A stretch of 64,000 nucleotides of DNA from Marsupella aquatica (Eukaryota; Plantae; Marchantiophyta), in assembly GCA_973895155.1 (NCBI GenBank), contig OZ316894.1:4178944-4242943 (forward strand). Reading direction: 5' to 3'. Position 1 is the first letter of the stretch; each line of letters begins with the position of its first letter. A model generated the notes under the pieces. That model ran no database searches and was not told the DNA's origin. It saw only the letters and a list, made by a program, of their open reading frames with translations. Shown here piece after piece: positions 11,323 through 23,564 of the stretch. Made by a program: the position numbers and the translations under genes.

Positions 11323-13589
11323 CAAAAAAAGGCAAAAGAATAAGCAAGGAGAAGAGAAGAGAAGAGAAGAGAAGAGGGAGTGGAGAGGAGAGAATGAGAA
11401 AAATGAGGGAGGACTCTCCCTTTTATGCTAATCTTGCCTTGGGTTCCTCATTAATGTCATACCTAACCTAATACTCTAATTATATCACACCTAATCCACT
11501 TAAAAGTACATTCAACCAATTTTTTTATAATTACTCAAACCAAAATGTAGAAATTCAGAAAATGAACAAAAGAATATCTATATTATTTGATTTTAATTTA
11601 TCTTTCTACTTTGTTAAAAATTGTAATTTTATCGTTCTACTTTGTTAAAAATTGCCCTCAACTAGTGTTCACCCCCTCTTACAAGAAAAAAATACAAGTT
11701 CAAACAACAAACAAAGACCAATTTGAAAATCTCTCCCTTAAATACCCTTAAACCTCTCAACAATTAAAGAAAAAAATTCTTTAAACCCTTTTTATCCCTC
11801 CCCTTAAAGTAACCTCCATCGGCCAAAGAAAGAAAATGTCTCTTTTTGTCTTTTTTATTTTCCCCTTCTTTCAAATACCCTTTATTCTCTATCCCTTTTC
11901 ACTCTCAAATAAAATAAAATAATGATAACCACCATGGGGCATGCTCCTTACCCATTGTTTCTTCTAAACAAAAAGGAAGCCCCTTTAAAAATCATCTTCA
12001 AGGTGACCAAATTCACCAAAAAAAAATTAAAAAAAAAATTAAAAAATATATATATAGAGATGTTTCTTCTAAATAATTAGGAAACCCCTTTAAGAGTCGT
12101 ACCTTTTCAAGGGGACCAATTACACCCAAAATAAAATAAATATGATTCATTTCACTCAAAATGAAACATATAAAATTACTAAGACATTCAAACTAGTATG
12201 TGGGTCCAGCTCAATTCTTTCACGTAAATTATATAGCCAAAGTACATTCAGAGGAGTGTTGTAAATTTGTATTAAATTTATATGCATTAAATTAAATTTA
12301 TAAGAATGACATCCAAAGCTCATCTACAATAACAAGAGTATGTCATAAGAAAATTGATGGCTTGGATTGAGCCATTAGCTATAACTATCTGTAATACTAT
12401 CTTGGGCAACTTAGTTTCAAGATTGAATTTGTTAATATATACTAGTAAAAGAAAATTCTCATCATTATCCTAATATCATGGCAAGTGGAAACAAATACAA
12501 AAACCATAAGTGTAGAATCATCACAAGTGTTGTGGAGAGAGAGGTTATATATATAGACCAACTTTCATGGGAGTGTGAACACTCATTTCCTTGCATGATG
12601 TAGATTCTATAATAAATTGTACTTTATGATGTTATTTGTCTTATTATTAAATATAACTTTCTATATTATGTGGATTAATAACTCTAATAAACTTGGATAG
12701 GTTGGATAGAAGATTAGTGTTGTTGTATTCAATGTTTGGGGGCTTGTGCAGATTGATTGGAGGTTTGACTCATAATTCTTTTGGTGTGCCTAGGGAGGAT
12801 TATAGTGAGGATTACAACATACTTCACACTAGGTGTGAGGAGAGTTTACATGAAACATTCAAGCTTGGAGGTAAACATCAAGTGGTAGAGTATTTTTGTA
12901 GGGCTCTCATCGTGTGACCAGGTAGGTTTGTATGATTGCATGTTTGTTTGATGATTATAATTTGTATGGATTTTATTAGTTGTGAAAAGGCCCAATGACC
13001 TTTGAATTCAATTCTTGAGCCCATTGACCCTTTCTTGAGATGAACATTTTCTTCTTGGTTGCTAGAGAAGCTTGGGAGAGTTTACAAATTATTTGGCAAT
13101 CAATAGCAAACTCAACTTTATTACAACACTTGAAATACAGGTTTGATTTCTTTCTCTTCTCTCTATATGGTTAATAGTTATGATTGCTAATATTTTTGTG
13201 TGATAAACCAACATCAAACATTTATGCAGTTCCAAGATTGCACCTCTAGTATATTGATTTGTGATAATTATTTGTGAATAAAAGAAAGTATAAAGTTCTA
13301 ATTTTCAATATTTTGATATTCAGATCTAAACTTAGTGTACTGTTTGACCAGAAAATTGGAGCTTCATGTTTGACTTGTCAATGGTTTCTCAAATCTTAAC
13401 AAATAAAGAAAATGTAAACACTAATACTCTATCTAAGAAGCTTTGCTACAAAGAAAAGCATAAGAAAACTTAAGCTTGAGAGTTATTTCATTTTGTTCCT
13501 TTTCCAATAAAAATAGCAGAAGCAAGATCTACATTTGATACTACTTTTAACATAACAAGCCATTACCTTAAAAATCAAGAAGATTCCAA

Positions 13590-14075
13590 GTTAAGCCATC
13601 ATGATGCACACATTTGCAAGTGTACTTTTTGACCCCAATTGTAATTCTAAAATTAATAAGGTTACAAGTTAAGGCATTCTGGTGCACACATCCGCAAGGG
13701 TCGGTGTACTGTTTGACCCCAATTGTAACTTTGAAATTGATAAGGTTACAAGTTAAGGCATTCTGATGCACACATCCGCAAGGGTCGGTGTACTGTTTGA
13801 CCCCAATTGTAATTCTAAAATTGACAAGGTTACAAGTTAAGGCATTCTGGTGCACACATCCGCAAGGGTCGATATACTGTTTGACCCCAATTGTAACTTT
13901 GAAATTGATAAGGTTACAAGTTAAGGCATTCGTGCACACATCCGCACGGGTCGGTGTACTGTTTGGCCCCAATTGTAACTTTAAAATTGATAAGGTTGCA
14001 AATTGAAATTCTTTAGTGAACACATCCTTAAGGGTTGGTGTAATGTTTGACCCCAATTGTAACTTTAAAATCATT
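13590..14075. repeat. 84-bp minisatellite, ~5.5 copies
   Basis: Unit GTGTACTGTTTGACCCCAATTGTAA... recurs at about 13620, 13704, 13788, 13872, 13955 and 14039. Confidence 0.95.
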
Positions 14076-15566
14076 TGATAAGGTACAGGAAACTTTTGAA
14101 AATTCCCAACACTAAATTAACATCATCTGAACATATTTTTCCATCACCATTTTTTCATAATTAAAAATGCAAAAACATGACCTAAATTATGAACATAAAG
14201 TGGAGGCATAACATAAAGTGGAGGTATCCCCTTACTAGCTCTTCTTCTCTCAAGAAAATTTCAACTCATTTGGTTAAGTAAGGTGAAGTCTGTTTGAATC
14301 TTAGTTAGATCTTTTAACTCATTATTGGGAAATTTGTTTGAGCCCAAATGTCTAGAGTCCTAGTTTTCTCTCTCTGTCTTTGAACATTTTCAGCCCATTT
14401 GATTGAGTAACAAAAAACTGATAAATCCCACTGATTGGATTGTTTTGGCCCTAACTTAAGCTTAGTCGGCTTCGGAAAGTTGGCTTAGGGTAACTTTGGG
14501 CTAATTTCAAGTATAGCTACAGTTTTATTTTGAATTCACAAATTTGACCTCAGTTTGAGCTCAAACTTTAAGTACATATTCTCCTAGTTTCCTTTTATCT
14601 CTCAACAATTTTTTAGCACATCTGGTTAAGTAAGGAGAAAATGCAGAATCACAAAGCTTCAGATAGATTTTGGTTTCTTGACTTTGATTTGGTCAGTTTA
14701 GTCAGAGTAGGCATAAAGTAACTAAGATGGGTTTAAGACAAAATTGGAATATCAATTCATTTTCAACTCACAACTTGGAGAGCTCAAACTTTAACTTCCC
14801 TTATAGATTTCCCTAGCTTTCCTCTATCTTGTAGAGAATTTTCAGCCCATTTGGTAGAGTACAACAAAAATAATTGAAAGTTTTTAAAGATCCAAGTTGA
14901 TTTTTTCTTCAACTTAGTTGCCCCATAATACTGACAAATATTTAATTACTTTTTGCCAATTTCTGAGTGACACAAAACTAGCACATACTTGACATGTGTT
15001 ACAACTCTCACACGCATCACCATTCTTGCATGTGTTTCTGTTCTCACCCGGATGACAATTCTAACACGAGTGAGTTTATTGTGCATCAATCCACGTTTCA
15101 CAATTCTCATCATTGATCAATAAACATCAATGGTTAAGATTGACTTGTTGTCTTATTTTATTGCCCAAAGTACTATGCAAGTTTCTATTTAAATTTGGTA
15201 TCAAAGAATGTGTATCATTCTTGCACATGAAGCAGACATTTTCTTCACGCTTGTCACATGAGTGTCTTCAACCATCACACAAGTGTTAAAAGGCAAGTTG
15301 CACAATTTCCACCATTGATAAGTAAAATCCAACGGATATGAATTAATTGTTGATATGAAATTTTCTCTAAATTTTAAAATTTGCAAGAGTCTCTAAGTGG
15401 ACCCGTAACAAGTAAAAGACAAAGACATTAAATGGAACCAATGGTGAGAGAATCAAGTACACACTTACATTGATTACATTGAGGTGGGAGCATTCAATGT
15501 ACTTTTATTTGTGTTGAATACAATATACTCGGTGTACTTCAACTTGTCTTGATCTTGAGTACTCCA

Positions 15567-15728
15567 TACAAACTAAAGAGTGTTAGAATGAGTATATTGT
15601 GACTAAAATATATTTGTGTGCCTCTATAAGTATGTGGAGAAAGCATATACAAACTAAAGAGTGTTAGAATGAGTATATTGTGACTAAAATATATTTGTGT
15701 GCCTCTATAAGTATGTGGAGAAAGCATA
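15567..15728. repeat. 81-bp direct tandem duplication
   Basis: ATACAAACTAAAGAGTG...GGAGAAAGCAT occurs twice. Confidence 0.9.
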
Positions 15729-18564
15729 TGTTGAAAAAACTTATGTGGAGAAAACGTATGCACAGAAAACAAGTTTGGAGCCATTTTGGGCTCCCACCAC
15801 AAAGCTTAAATTTAAGTTCAGCCAATTATGAAAACTCAAAAAGGATAATAGACTAAAGTACGGGAATCTATCTGAAAATCCCATTATTACATGCACCCAT
15901 TGAAGCTCCCTTAGGTCAGAAGGTCGAGGCTCACGTAGTCTGAGTGAACAACTTGTTCAGATAGCTGCATGCGTAATTCTTGAGTCCATATATGGATTCC
16001 CCGCTTTGGGTTTCCTCTCTGGACGCTGACTTCTCTGCATTGTAGTCCGGTTGAACTAATTCACAAAGCTGTCTGATTCTCAAGACTGCTCTTTGTTAAA
16101 CCCAGCAATCAGCCGAATCACTGTCCTCGGCTTGTCACTTATCAATCAGATTATACCAATCAATCATGGTTGTCCAGGACGCCGAATTTGAAGCGCCCTC
16201 GGGGACTGAACTGAAAGAGCGGAGGAGCACATGGTTTGTGCGAAACAACGCCATCAAGATTTAATGTCGATGTCGATCCTAGCTGAAACTCGCCAGAGCC
16301 TCTCCCGTCTTCCGCACCCTCACCGACCCAGCCAGCAGCGCGGCGAAAGACAACGTCCTCACAAACCTCCATTCTTTTCTCGGCGTCAAGAGAATAGCTG
16401 TGCTGCTTGGGGTTGAGGCGGTGGGACTACGTGCTGGCGAGACCAGCTGTGTTGAGTGTTGAGGAATGATATCCAACGGGGACATTATCAACAATGGAAT
16501 GGCACGACAAGACTTGTTTGATACCCGGTTTGATCAGAATGGTAACGGAATTCTTGATCATGAGGAGACGATTAACACTGCTACAGGAACAGTCATCACC
16601 CCATTCAGTTCATTGCTATACCCCTTTCAAATCCCGTGCAGAACCTTTCATTGAAATGTAGGTAGACTCTACTTATTTTGAAGGAACGCACTATAGTGTG
16701 TTGTTCGCAGGTCTTTGATCTCTTCTTAGGCAAACAGTGTTTCGTTTCACTATCCCACAGAAGGTCTGGCATTGTTCCTCTTTGTTAAAAGCGTTCAGAG
16801 CCGTTAGTGTTATTTCCTTAGTCTCTTTACGACTGTATCTCAGAATTTTGTGACTCTTTGTTAGCTTCTGGTCTGTCTAATTATGAAACTGGCCGTGGCA
16901 ATTGTACATTGTGAGCTGCAATAGAATTGTAATCACATGCACACTAGTCTCTTGTATTTATCTCGATCGGGTTTACGAGATTATCAAGTTGTCACAAAAG
17001 TTCAACATCTAAAACTTCATGCACTTTTCCACTGAATTCTTTAGAATGACCATAAGTTATAAAGTTATTCTGAATTCACGTGGCAGATAGCGCAACATAA
17101 GTTGATGACAGTATAATCATAATAGTACACTGAGGATTCTATGTTAATAGATTCGAAAACTTTAAGGGTTGTTAGATGACACACTCAGCAAAATCGATTG
17201 CAAGATGAGTATAGGTTGTCTTTTTTTCTTCCCTCGGAAAAACCAAATGAATTCCATTCAAATGAGCACAGCAGTCTTGAACCTACTTTAATAGTTGTGT
17301 AGGCCAAAATAAGATATGATTTGCCAATGACTCACACCAGTAATTTGATGGAAAATTGCGATCTGAAATGGGCTTTCCTCCGAGAAAATCGTCGACGGAG
17401 ATATTCGTCCAACGCTGTTTTGATCAGCAATCGTCAATCCCAATGCTGATGGGCAGACGTATCTGTTGATAACAATTGCTAAATAATCAACTTGCTACTA
17501 CTGTAAACTGAGCACGCCATATAAGCGGGCATATAAGTAGGGAACTGCTGAGCCCCAAGAGGGGAGACAATCAACGGACAAACTGGAACCAACAGCTTAG
17601 TTCGTAACCAACAGCTTAGTTCGTAACTGCATAACGCGCATGAGGGACAACATGCAGTAGCACCAAGACGATAAACAATAAAGGCCACTCGACTGTCAGT
17701 AGTGCTGTTGCCCAGTTGCCAGTCGCTCCCTAGTCTACTGACAAATAATTGTGTTCTGACAGTATCCTGGTCCGCTCACTGTGGAGATGATCGAAGAAGC
17801 TGCCAAAACAGCAGAATAAAATCACCAAGAATGGAGGAATAAGATGCTCAGCAGTTTGTCACCCGGTTAGCAAATGCTCGCAAACAGCAGCATCGTGGGA
17901 CAAAGTAGGGGACAAAGTGAATCAATTCAAGTAAATGAGAGTGCTCTCGCCAAATATGCCGCGCTACTCGCTTCCCCTCCACTTCGCTCCTCCGCCGCTC
18001 GCTTCCATTGCGAAAAGATTTCGTCCTCCACGCTGTGGCCTGGCCCGGGGCTCGATTGCCGAAGAGAAAACCAGGCACAAGTTTCAGTCGACTCGTTCGG
18101 AGGGTCCGGTCTGGAGACTTGCCTCTTCGGTCGATGTCCATGGTTCAATGTTTTTGGCTGTAACAACTTCAGATCTTATTTGTATTCCTGGTCTTGAGTT
18201 TACACAATTCATAGAACAAGTAGAATTAAGTGGTGCCATATCTCAGATACAAGAGTCAGTCGAGTGCTGGTCTATATCACGTCTAGCCTTCCATAGCCTT
18301 ATTCAACAAGTGGGCACCATTGTGTTAAGCCGTTTTTAGTTCATACCACTGCCAGATCGAGTCCGCACGGTCCACTCGTTGAGCAGCTTGTAACCGTTGC
18401 TTAAGTTCAAGGGTTTAGGGTTTGGTCCGCCTCGATCCTTCGCGGTCCGAAATCTCGATCCACTCGTACTGTAGATTCATGAGCGCAGCTTCTTCTGTAT
18501 GGACCATACTTCCGGTTTCATATTCTCTTAATTTCCTCTCGTTACCATCTCGAGCGGTATTACG

Positions 18565-20238
18565 ATGACGGACTCAGTTGGTCAACTCATAGCAGCCGGC
18601 ACACAGAACTATGCAGGTCTTATTGGCCTCTTCAGCACAGACTCAGTCGAAGTAAGTGCATCGGCTACACATCGTGGATCTGGCAGTGTCATCGTTTCTT
18701 CGCTTTCCTTGCTTGGCATCTTAGGGCTGGTCAAAGGCACCTTAAAGATAAGCCTTGGACTTGAGCGCTGCAGAACTGCCGGCTTTTCTCTCGACTCATT
18801 GCGAGGTATATTTGGTTACGCCCCAGGAGAAGCCGTATTATCGGAAAAAATTGTGGATTGTGATGGCATCACCGTTACGATCACTGAGGAACATATCATC
18901 GTTCACAAAACTAAACGATACTTCGACGATGTGAGAACTCCAATGGTCTCTGTAGGAGATGGCTGGGCTATGAGGCATCAAACAGCTGTCAATCTCGGCA
19001 ATAAGAAAGCGGAGGCATCCCAAATTCCGTTGATTCCTTTCTTGTCCACGATGATGTGCTCCGGACTTACAGCTTGGTTGCTGCTTGTCATAAAATCTCC
19101 ATGGACCTGGGTAAGGATCGTTGCGACTGTCGGTTTGCATCTTTGTCTCATGGCCATGGTCCTGCTACCGCTTTGGTTTGACAGGCAAACGGCTCGGCCG
19201 TGGTGGCATTTGACCAGGCGCGGATGGGAACTCCTGAACGGATCCATGGTGAAAAACAGTCGGATTCACGTACTTCAAGCAAGAGTCAGTGAAGGAGATG
19301 TAATACATTTTCAAGGTGACACATCGCTTCTTACATCCCGAGCCCTCAGGGTGTCGGTGTTTCTTGTGACGATGATCACTTCGGTGGCCTACATCTGTCA
19401 GTACACCATTGTCAAATTGGCAACAAATAAGGAGGCAATAATCTGGGTTAGCTGCCAAGCTGTGGCAGCGTTGGGCCGGATTATTTTCTGGGTCGTCGGT
19501 CCATCCGTGGGCGGTACAAGTACGGGACATGGTGAAGCCGAATACGTCATGATCAACAACACTGCCTCTGAAATGATCACATTCGCTGAATTTATTTGCG
19601 CTTGCGAGATCGGAGAGACCAAAGTGCCTCGGAAATTCTGGGAGCTTCTTCAAGGAAAAACTCTAGTTGAACTCCTTGAGACGGCTGCCAGAACGGATGC
19701 CGAGGAAGTCATACCCACCAGTGCGCCTTTTCATGTCTTTTTGACAGTGGACTTCAAACGCATCCTGGGAAATCGCCTGCGGCCGGATCGGCTTGGTTAT
19801 GGGCACGAATGGCGTCTGGGGTTCTGGGAAAATGAAGAGGCAGGGTGTATGGTTCCGTTCGTGGTTGTGAAGGTACCATATTCGAAGAGTGTCGGAGGAG
19901 ATTGGGTGGAGGGAAGCTATTGCTGGATGCAAACTACCAACAGCAGAGTAGAGGAGGGGGTTCGAGCGATCAGGGACCCTTGCACAACTTTTGCTATCTC
20001 AGAGGATGGTGCCCGACTTCACCTAGGGCCACATAAAAATCACGTGAACAGACACTGCAGTCTCCATTGTCCTTGGGACTCGGGAATAAGAATAGACCGA
20101 GAGAGCTCAGACAGTTGGACATTCCTCCGTCATAGGTCGAGGCTACTGGCAGAGATGCGGAAGCTCTTAGAGGAAGGAACAATTTTGCAACATGGTTGCA
20201 ATGATCACATGATCACCACAAAAACATGGTCACAATAA
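18565..20238 (+). CDS. Intronless 557-aa membrane protein, paralog B, C-terminally truncated
   Basis: Collinear with paralog A up to LLEEG (~20180). Unrelated repetitive sequence then supplies a new tail and stop. Confidence 0.8.
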   Translation: MTDSVGQLIAAGTQNYAGLIGLFSTDSVEVSASATHRGSGSVIVSSLSLLGILGLVKGTLKISLGLERCRTAGFSLDSLRGIFGYAPGEAVLSEKIVDCDGITVTITEEHIIVHKTKRYFDDVRTPMVSVGDGWAMRHQTAVNLGNKKAEASQIPLIPFLSTMMCSGLTAWLLLVIKSPWTWVRIVATVGLHLCLMAMVLLPLWFDRQTARPWWHLTRRGWELLNGSMVKNSRIHVLQARVSEGDVIHFQGDTSLLTSRALRVSVFLVTMITSVAYICQYTIVKLATNKEAIIWVSCQAVAALGRIIFWVVGPSVGGTSTGHGEAEYVMINNTASEMITFAEFICACEIGETKVPRKFWELLQGKTLVELLETAARTDAEEVIPTSAPFHVFLTVDFKRILGNRLRPDRLGYGHEWRLGFWENEEAGCMVPFVVVKVPYSKSVGGDWVEGSYCWMQTTNSRVEEGVRAIRDPCTTFAISEDGARLHLGPHKNHVNRHCSLHCPWDSGIRIDRESSDSWTFLRHRSRLLAEMRKLLEEGTILQHGCNDHMITTKTWSQ

Positions 20239-20479
20239 CAATTGTACAACACACAGGCATTCATTGCATGGCCTCAACAACACCATGGCTACAATGAGCA
20301 CATGGTCACAAGGACACATAAGAGGCCTAAGCCAATTTCTTGCTTCACCTGAATTTCTTTCCATTGGCTAGACATCCTTTGTGCAACTCACTGCATTGGG
20401 CTTATTAGTGTCTTAGAATATAATATAATGCCATTGTATAATAGGCAGTGCACATGCACTTGTTTGTCAAGACAAGCCC

Positions 20480-21680
20480 ACGTCAGATCATTTGAGAGCA
20501 TCCATGAAATCTGCTAGAAAGTTCAAGGATGCAATATCAGTCAAAGGGAGGGAAAAACGAGTCTCTCTGGAAGCATTTGCGAGGAAGGCTCACGATCAAG
20601 GACTGATTTGTCAAAGATGCTTACCCCAACTGTCAGGACTACCATTAGAGAAGGAAAAGGTAGGTGAGTGTATCTTTGAAGAAAGAAGAAAAAAACACTC
20701 CACCTGGATCCAGTCGATGGTTTTTCTTATCCTCAGACAAAGTTTTTAAGTGTGCCCTCTGTGACCTCTTTATTGTCGCAAGATCCGTGAAGATTCTCTG
20801 CCGGCCAGGTCAAAAAGGAAGTCCTGTAGACTAATTTATTTGGCAGAACGATTGCGTGCAAAAAACATTGGAGTCCATCTCGAATTACAGTGCTGCATTT
20901 CAGGTGCAACGAAGCTCGCAAGAACACACTGATCGCTTCAGGAAATCAATTTAAAAACAGCGCATCTCGAGTACGTTGCGAGGAAGGTCACCATATGCCA
21001 AATTTGTCAAAGCTATGGCCAAGCAAGTCCACATCGACTGAAGAGAGGCGCAGTATTTAGTATTTGGCATAGGAGGGAAGATAATGCGCCTTGCTTTTAT
21101 TAGCTTTGAAACTGGATCCCAGCGTTTCGGATAGACCGATTGGGCGAAGCAGTGAACTCTAGGTGTGCGAGGTGTTCAGGAAACACAGTTTCAGTTCAAT
21201 TTCGTGACAATTGGACAGTTTGATCTTGAGTAGCATGATTGAGGAGTGTCGAAGGCACATTTTCCCGTTCGCGTCCCCGTTGCTAGCAACAACTCTGGTT
21301 CGATCGATTCTTCAGGCAGGGAACAGTCGTATCGGTTTGCTAAGTAATGGATTGATGCCTAGATCGGTCCGTGAGATCGCTGAGTGTGGGCATCGAGCTG
21401 CAGGGTACTGTATTTACCCAGTGCACGGTTTGTGAGTGACTGAAGTGGAAGGAAGAGCAGGAGTGGAGCAAGGGACTACTGCACGTTAAGCATCGCGTGG
21501 CCAGTCGGGTTAGTTTCTGTTCACCATTCGTAGTCGTTCTATCAATTTCCGGAGGGGTCCCATTGATCGGGGCTTTCCACGGGTGCCGTGGATTCATGAA
21601 GAGCTATCTCATTGGGAGGCACGATTTGGCTGTGCGTCGACTGCGGGCATTTCATGGTGTGGGGAAATCTTATCGTTGTA
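20480..21680 (-). pseudogene. Heavily decayed LRR (receptor-like) gene relic
   Basis: Fragments such as ALTNLAYGDLPRNVL, SLTNQSLIVSLPRK and LLRPIGLSETLG, plus an internal repeat TTGCGAGGAAGG...ATTTGTCAAAG. Many stops and frameshifts. Confidence 0.35.
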
Positions 21681-22704
21681 CTCAAGGCTTGCTCACATTG
21701 TTTACCCAATCTCATGAGTAGAGGCTTTCAATCCGTCTCCAATCTCATGAGTAGAGTATTTCAATCCGTCTAAGGCTTGCTCATATTGTTTGCACATTTC
21801 ATGATTCTATAGAGGCTTTCTTTCCGAAACCAGTTGTTACGTATCTGCGATTGGCGTGCTGTGGCTTTGTTGATTTGTTCTCGGTCACACGGCTGCGATT
21901 GTTGAAGGGTCGCTGTGCTACTGTCACGTATATCACATAACGCGGAGAGCGAACCCATGATGACTCCCTGGAAAATTTCTCTTCACTTCGTTCGGACGTA
22001 AGCTATCCTGTTGATTGTCAATGCGTTCTTTAACTAACCGACATTTTCTTTCTCTGCTTTCAATTCGGTCAGGAATTGAACATCGTCTCGTCTACTGCAT
22101 ATTTTCGGTTCAGTTTGGTCTAGTGGATGTGAGGGACTCATTCTGTTGGCGTTCTCAAGACTCTGAAAGAGTGTGCGCTCTCCACATTTTTCACTATGAG
22201 AAATGTGTGCAAGGTATCTTGTACCTTCCTAAGAGAGACATTCTTTAGTAGTCTTGAGCTCTCATACACTTATAAGAGCATGGCCACCGGTGGTGAGGCG
22301 ACTGGCGTCCCCATTCGCCATCGAGGTTGGGACAGAGCCCTGGTAGGAATGGGTACTCCCTGTGGATACATTATGGTATCTCAAACGTGATATTTCTGTG
22401 GATACCTTATGGTATATATCTCAAACTTCATGTTTCTGGTTTTTCCTAGTCAACAGTTCTGACTAAGAAATCTAGCCTGTGATGTAGACCAAATTCCAAA
22501 TTTTGGGCCAACTTAAATTTTGGGCCAACTTAATCCCGCTAGTCAATTAGGCGCAGGCAAGTTTTGAATGGGTGCATACGGCCTGAGTTATTGACGTTAC
22601 ATTAATGGCAACCACAGAGTTTTAGTTTGTGACCCGGCCGGCAATATTTCAATCACGGCAAACCTTCAGGGATGAGTTGGTTTGGGATGTCGCATTCAAT
22701 CTGC

Positions 22705-22837
22705 TGTTGGAAATGAACCACACTTGAACTGATGAGGGGGCATCAAGGGCCTGTAGTTCAGTGATAGAGCACTGTGATGTATCCTGGAGGTCCTATATTC
22801 AATTCCTAACTGGTCCATGTTGTTAACAATTCCAACA
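22705..22837 (+). mobile_element. 133-bp solo-LTR/TRIM-like insertion containing a tRNA-like sequence
   Basis: TGTTGGAA...TTCCAACA ends and 5-bp TSD TCTGC/TCTGT. The neighbouring duplicate shows the empty site at ~23040. tRNA-like core at 22747-22817. Confidence 0.7.
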
Positions 22838-23149
22838 TCTGTCAGTTTCTTGGTTGCCTTAGCCATCCATCTGTCTCAAGATGAGACTATGGCAGTCCAC
22901 AAGGTTAAGCAAGAGTGAACAGGCAATGCTAGTACACCTTTAGTGGCAACAGGTGGTTTTTAGTTTGTGACCCAGCCCACAACATTTCAGTCACTGACAG
23001 CAAACCTTCACGAATCAGCTGGTTTGAGACGCAGTATTCAATCTGCCAGACAGTTTCCTAGTCAGCCTAGCCGTCCAGGTGCCTTAAGATTAGACTATTG
23101 CTAAGCTCTTAAGGAAATGAAGCTTTTGTAAAATTAGCAGACAATGTTT

Positions 23150-23564
23150 GTGACTGGTCAAAACACTCCATTTGCACAAAGCCCCACTAAGTTTATATGA
23201 TTCTGCCACTATTGAAGTACTAGTTAATATTTAAGCTCTTTGACCTTTTGATGTAAGACTTTTAAGGACATTTTCCTTGTAACTACTGAAGTTATTAACA
23301 TGAATGTAATATTTTTAGTAAATTTTGTATGAGTTTTATTTACTTCAGTCCATAGACTTGAAGTATATAGAGTTTTTGCAAACTTTACTAGAAATAATTT
23401 TGACTTGCAATTTTACATGAAAGTAAATATTTTCTGTAAAATTTGCATAAGCTTTATTTGCTTCAGTCCATTGATGAAGTAAATAGAGCTTTTGCATATT
23501 TTACTAAAAATATAGCTTTCCCTGTAATCCACTGTAGGTTGTTTAAATCCTTTGGTGACCAGCC
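23150..23564. mobile_element. MITE/foldback-like element with two internal long hairpins
   Basis: Short inverted ends CTGGTCA/TGACCAG, flanking direct repeat CAATGTTT, and related palindromes at ~23305-23397 and ~23425-23515. Confidence 0.5.

Noticed and set aside
12260-13086. Possible solo LTR TGTAAA...TTTACA
   Set aside because: No target-site duplication or second copy seen.
13568-14074. 168-aa Cys/His repeat ORF
   Set aside because: By-product of the 84-bp minisatellite, whose unit length is divisible by 3.
13590-14075. CRISPR-like appearance of this and other arrays (49.8 kb, 62.7 kb)
   Set aside because: Whole units repeat with no unique spacers, there are no cas genes, and the context is eukaryotic.
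22747-22817. Functional tRNA gene
   Set aside because: Anticodon and T stems are broken, and it lies inside a TSD-flanked insertion.
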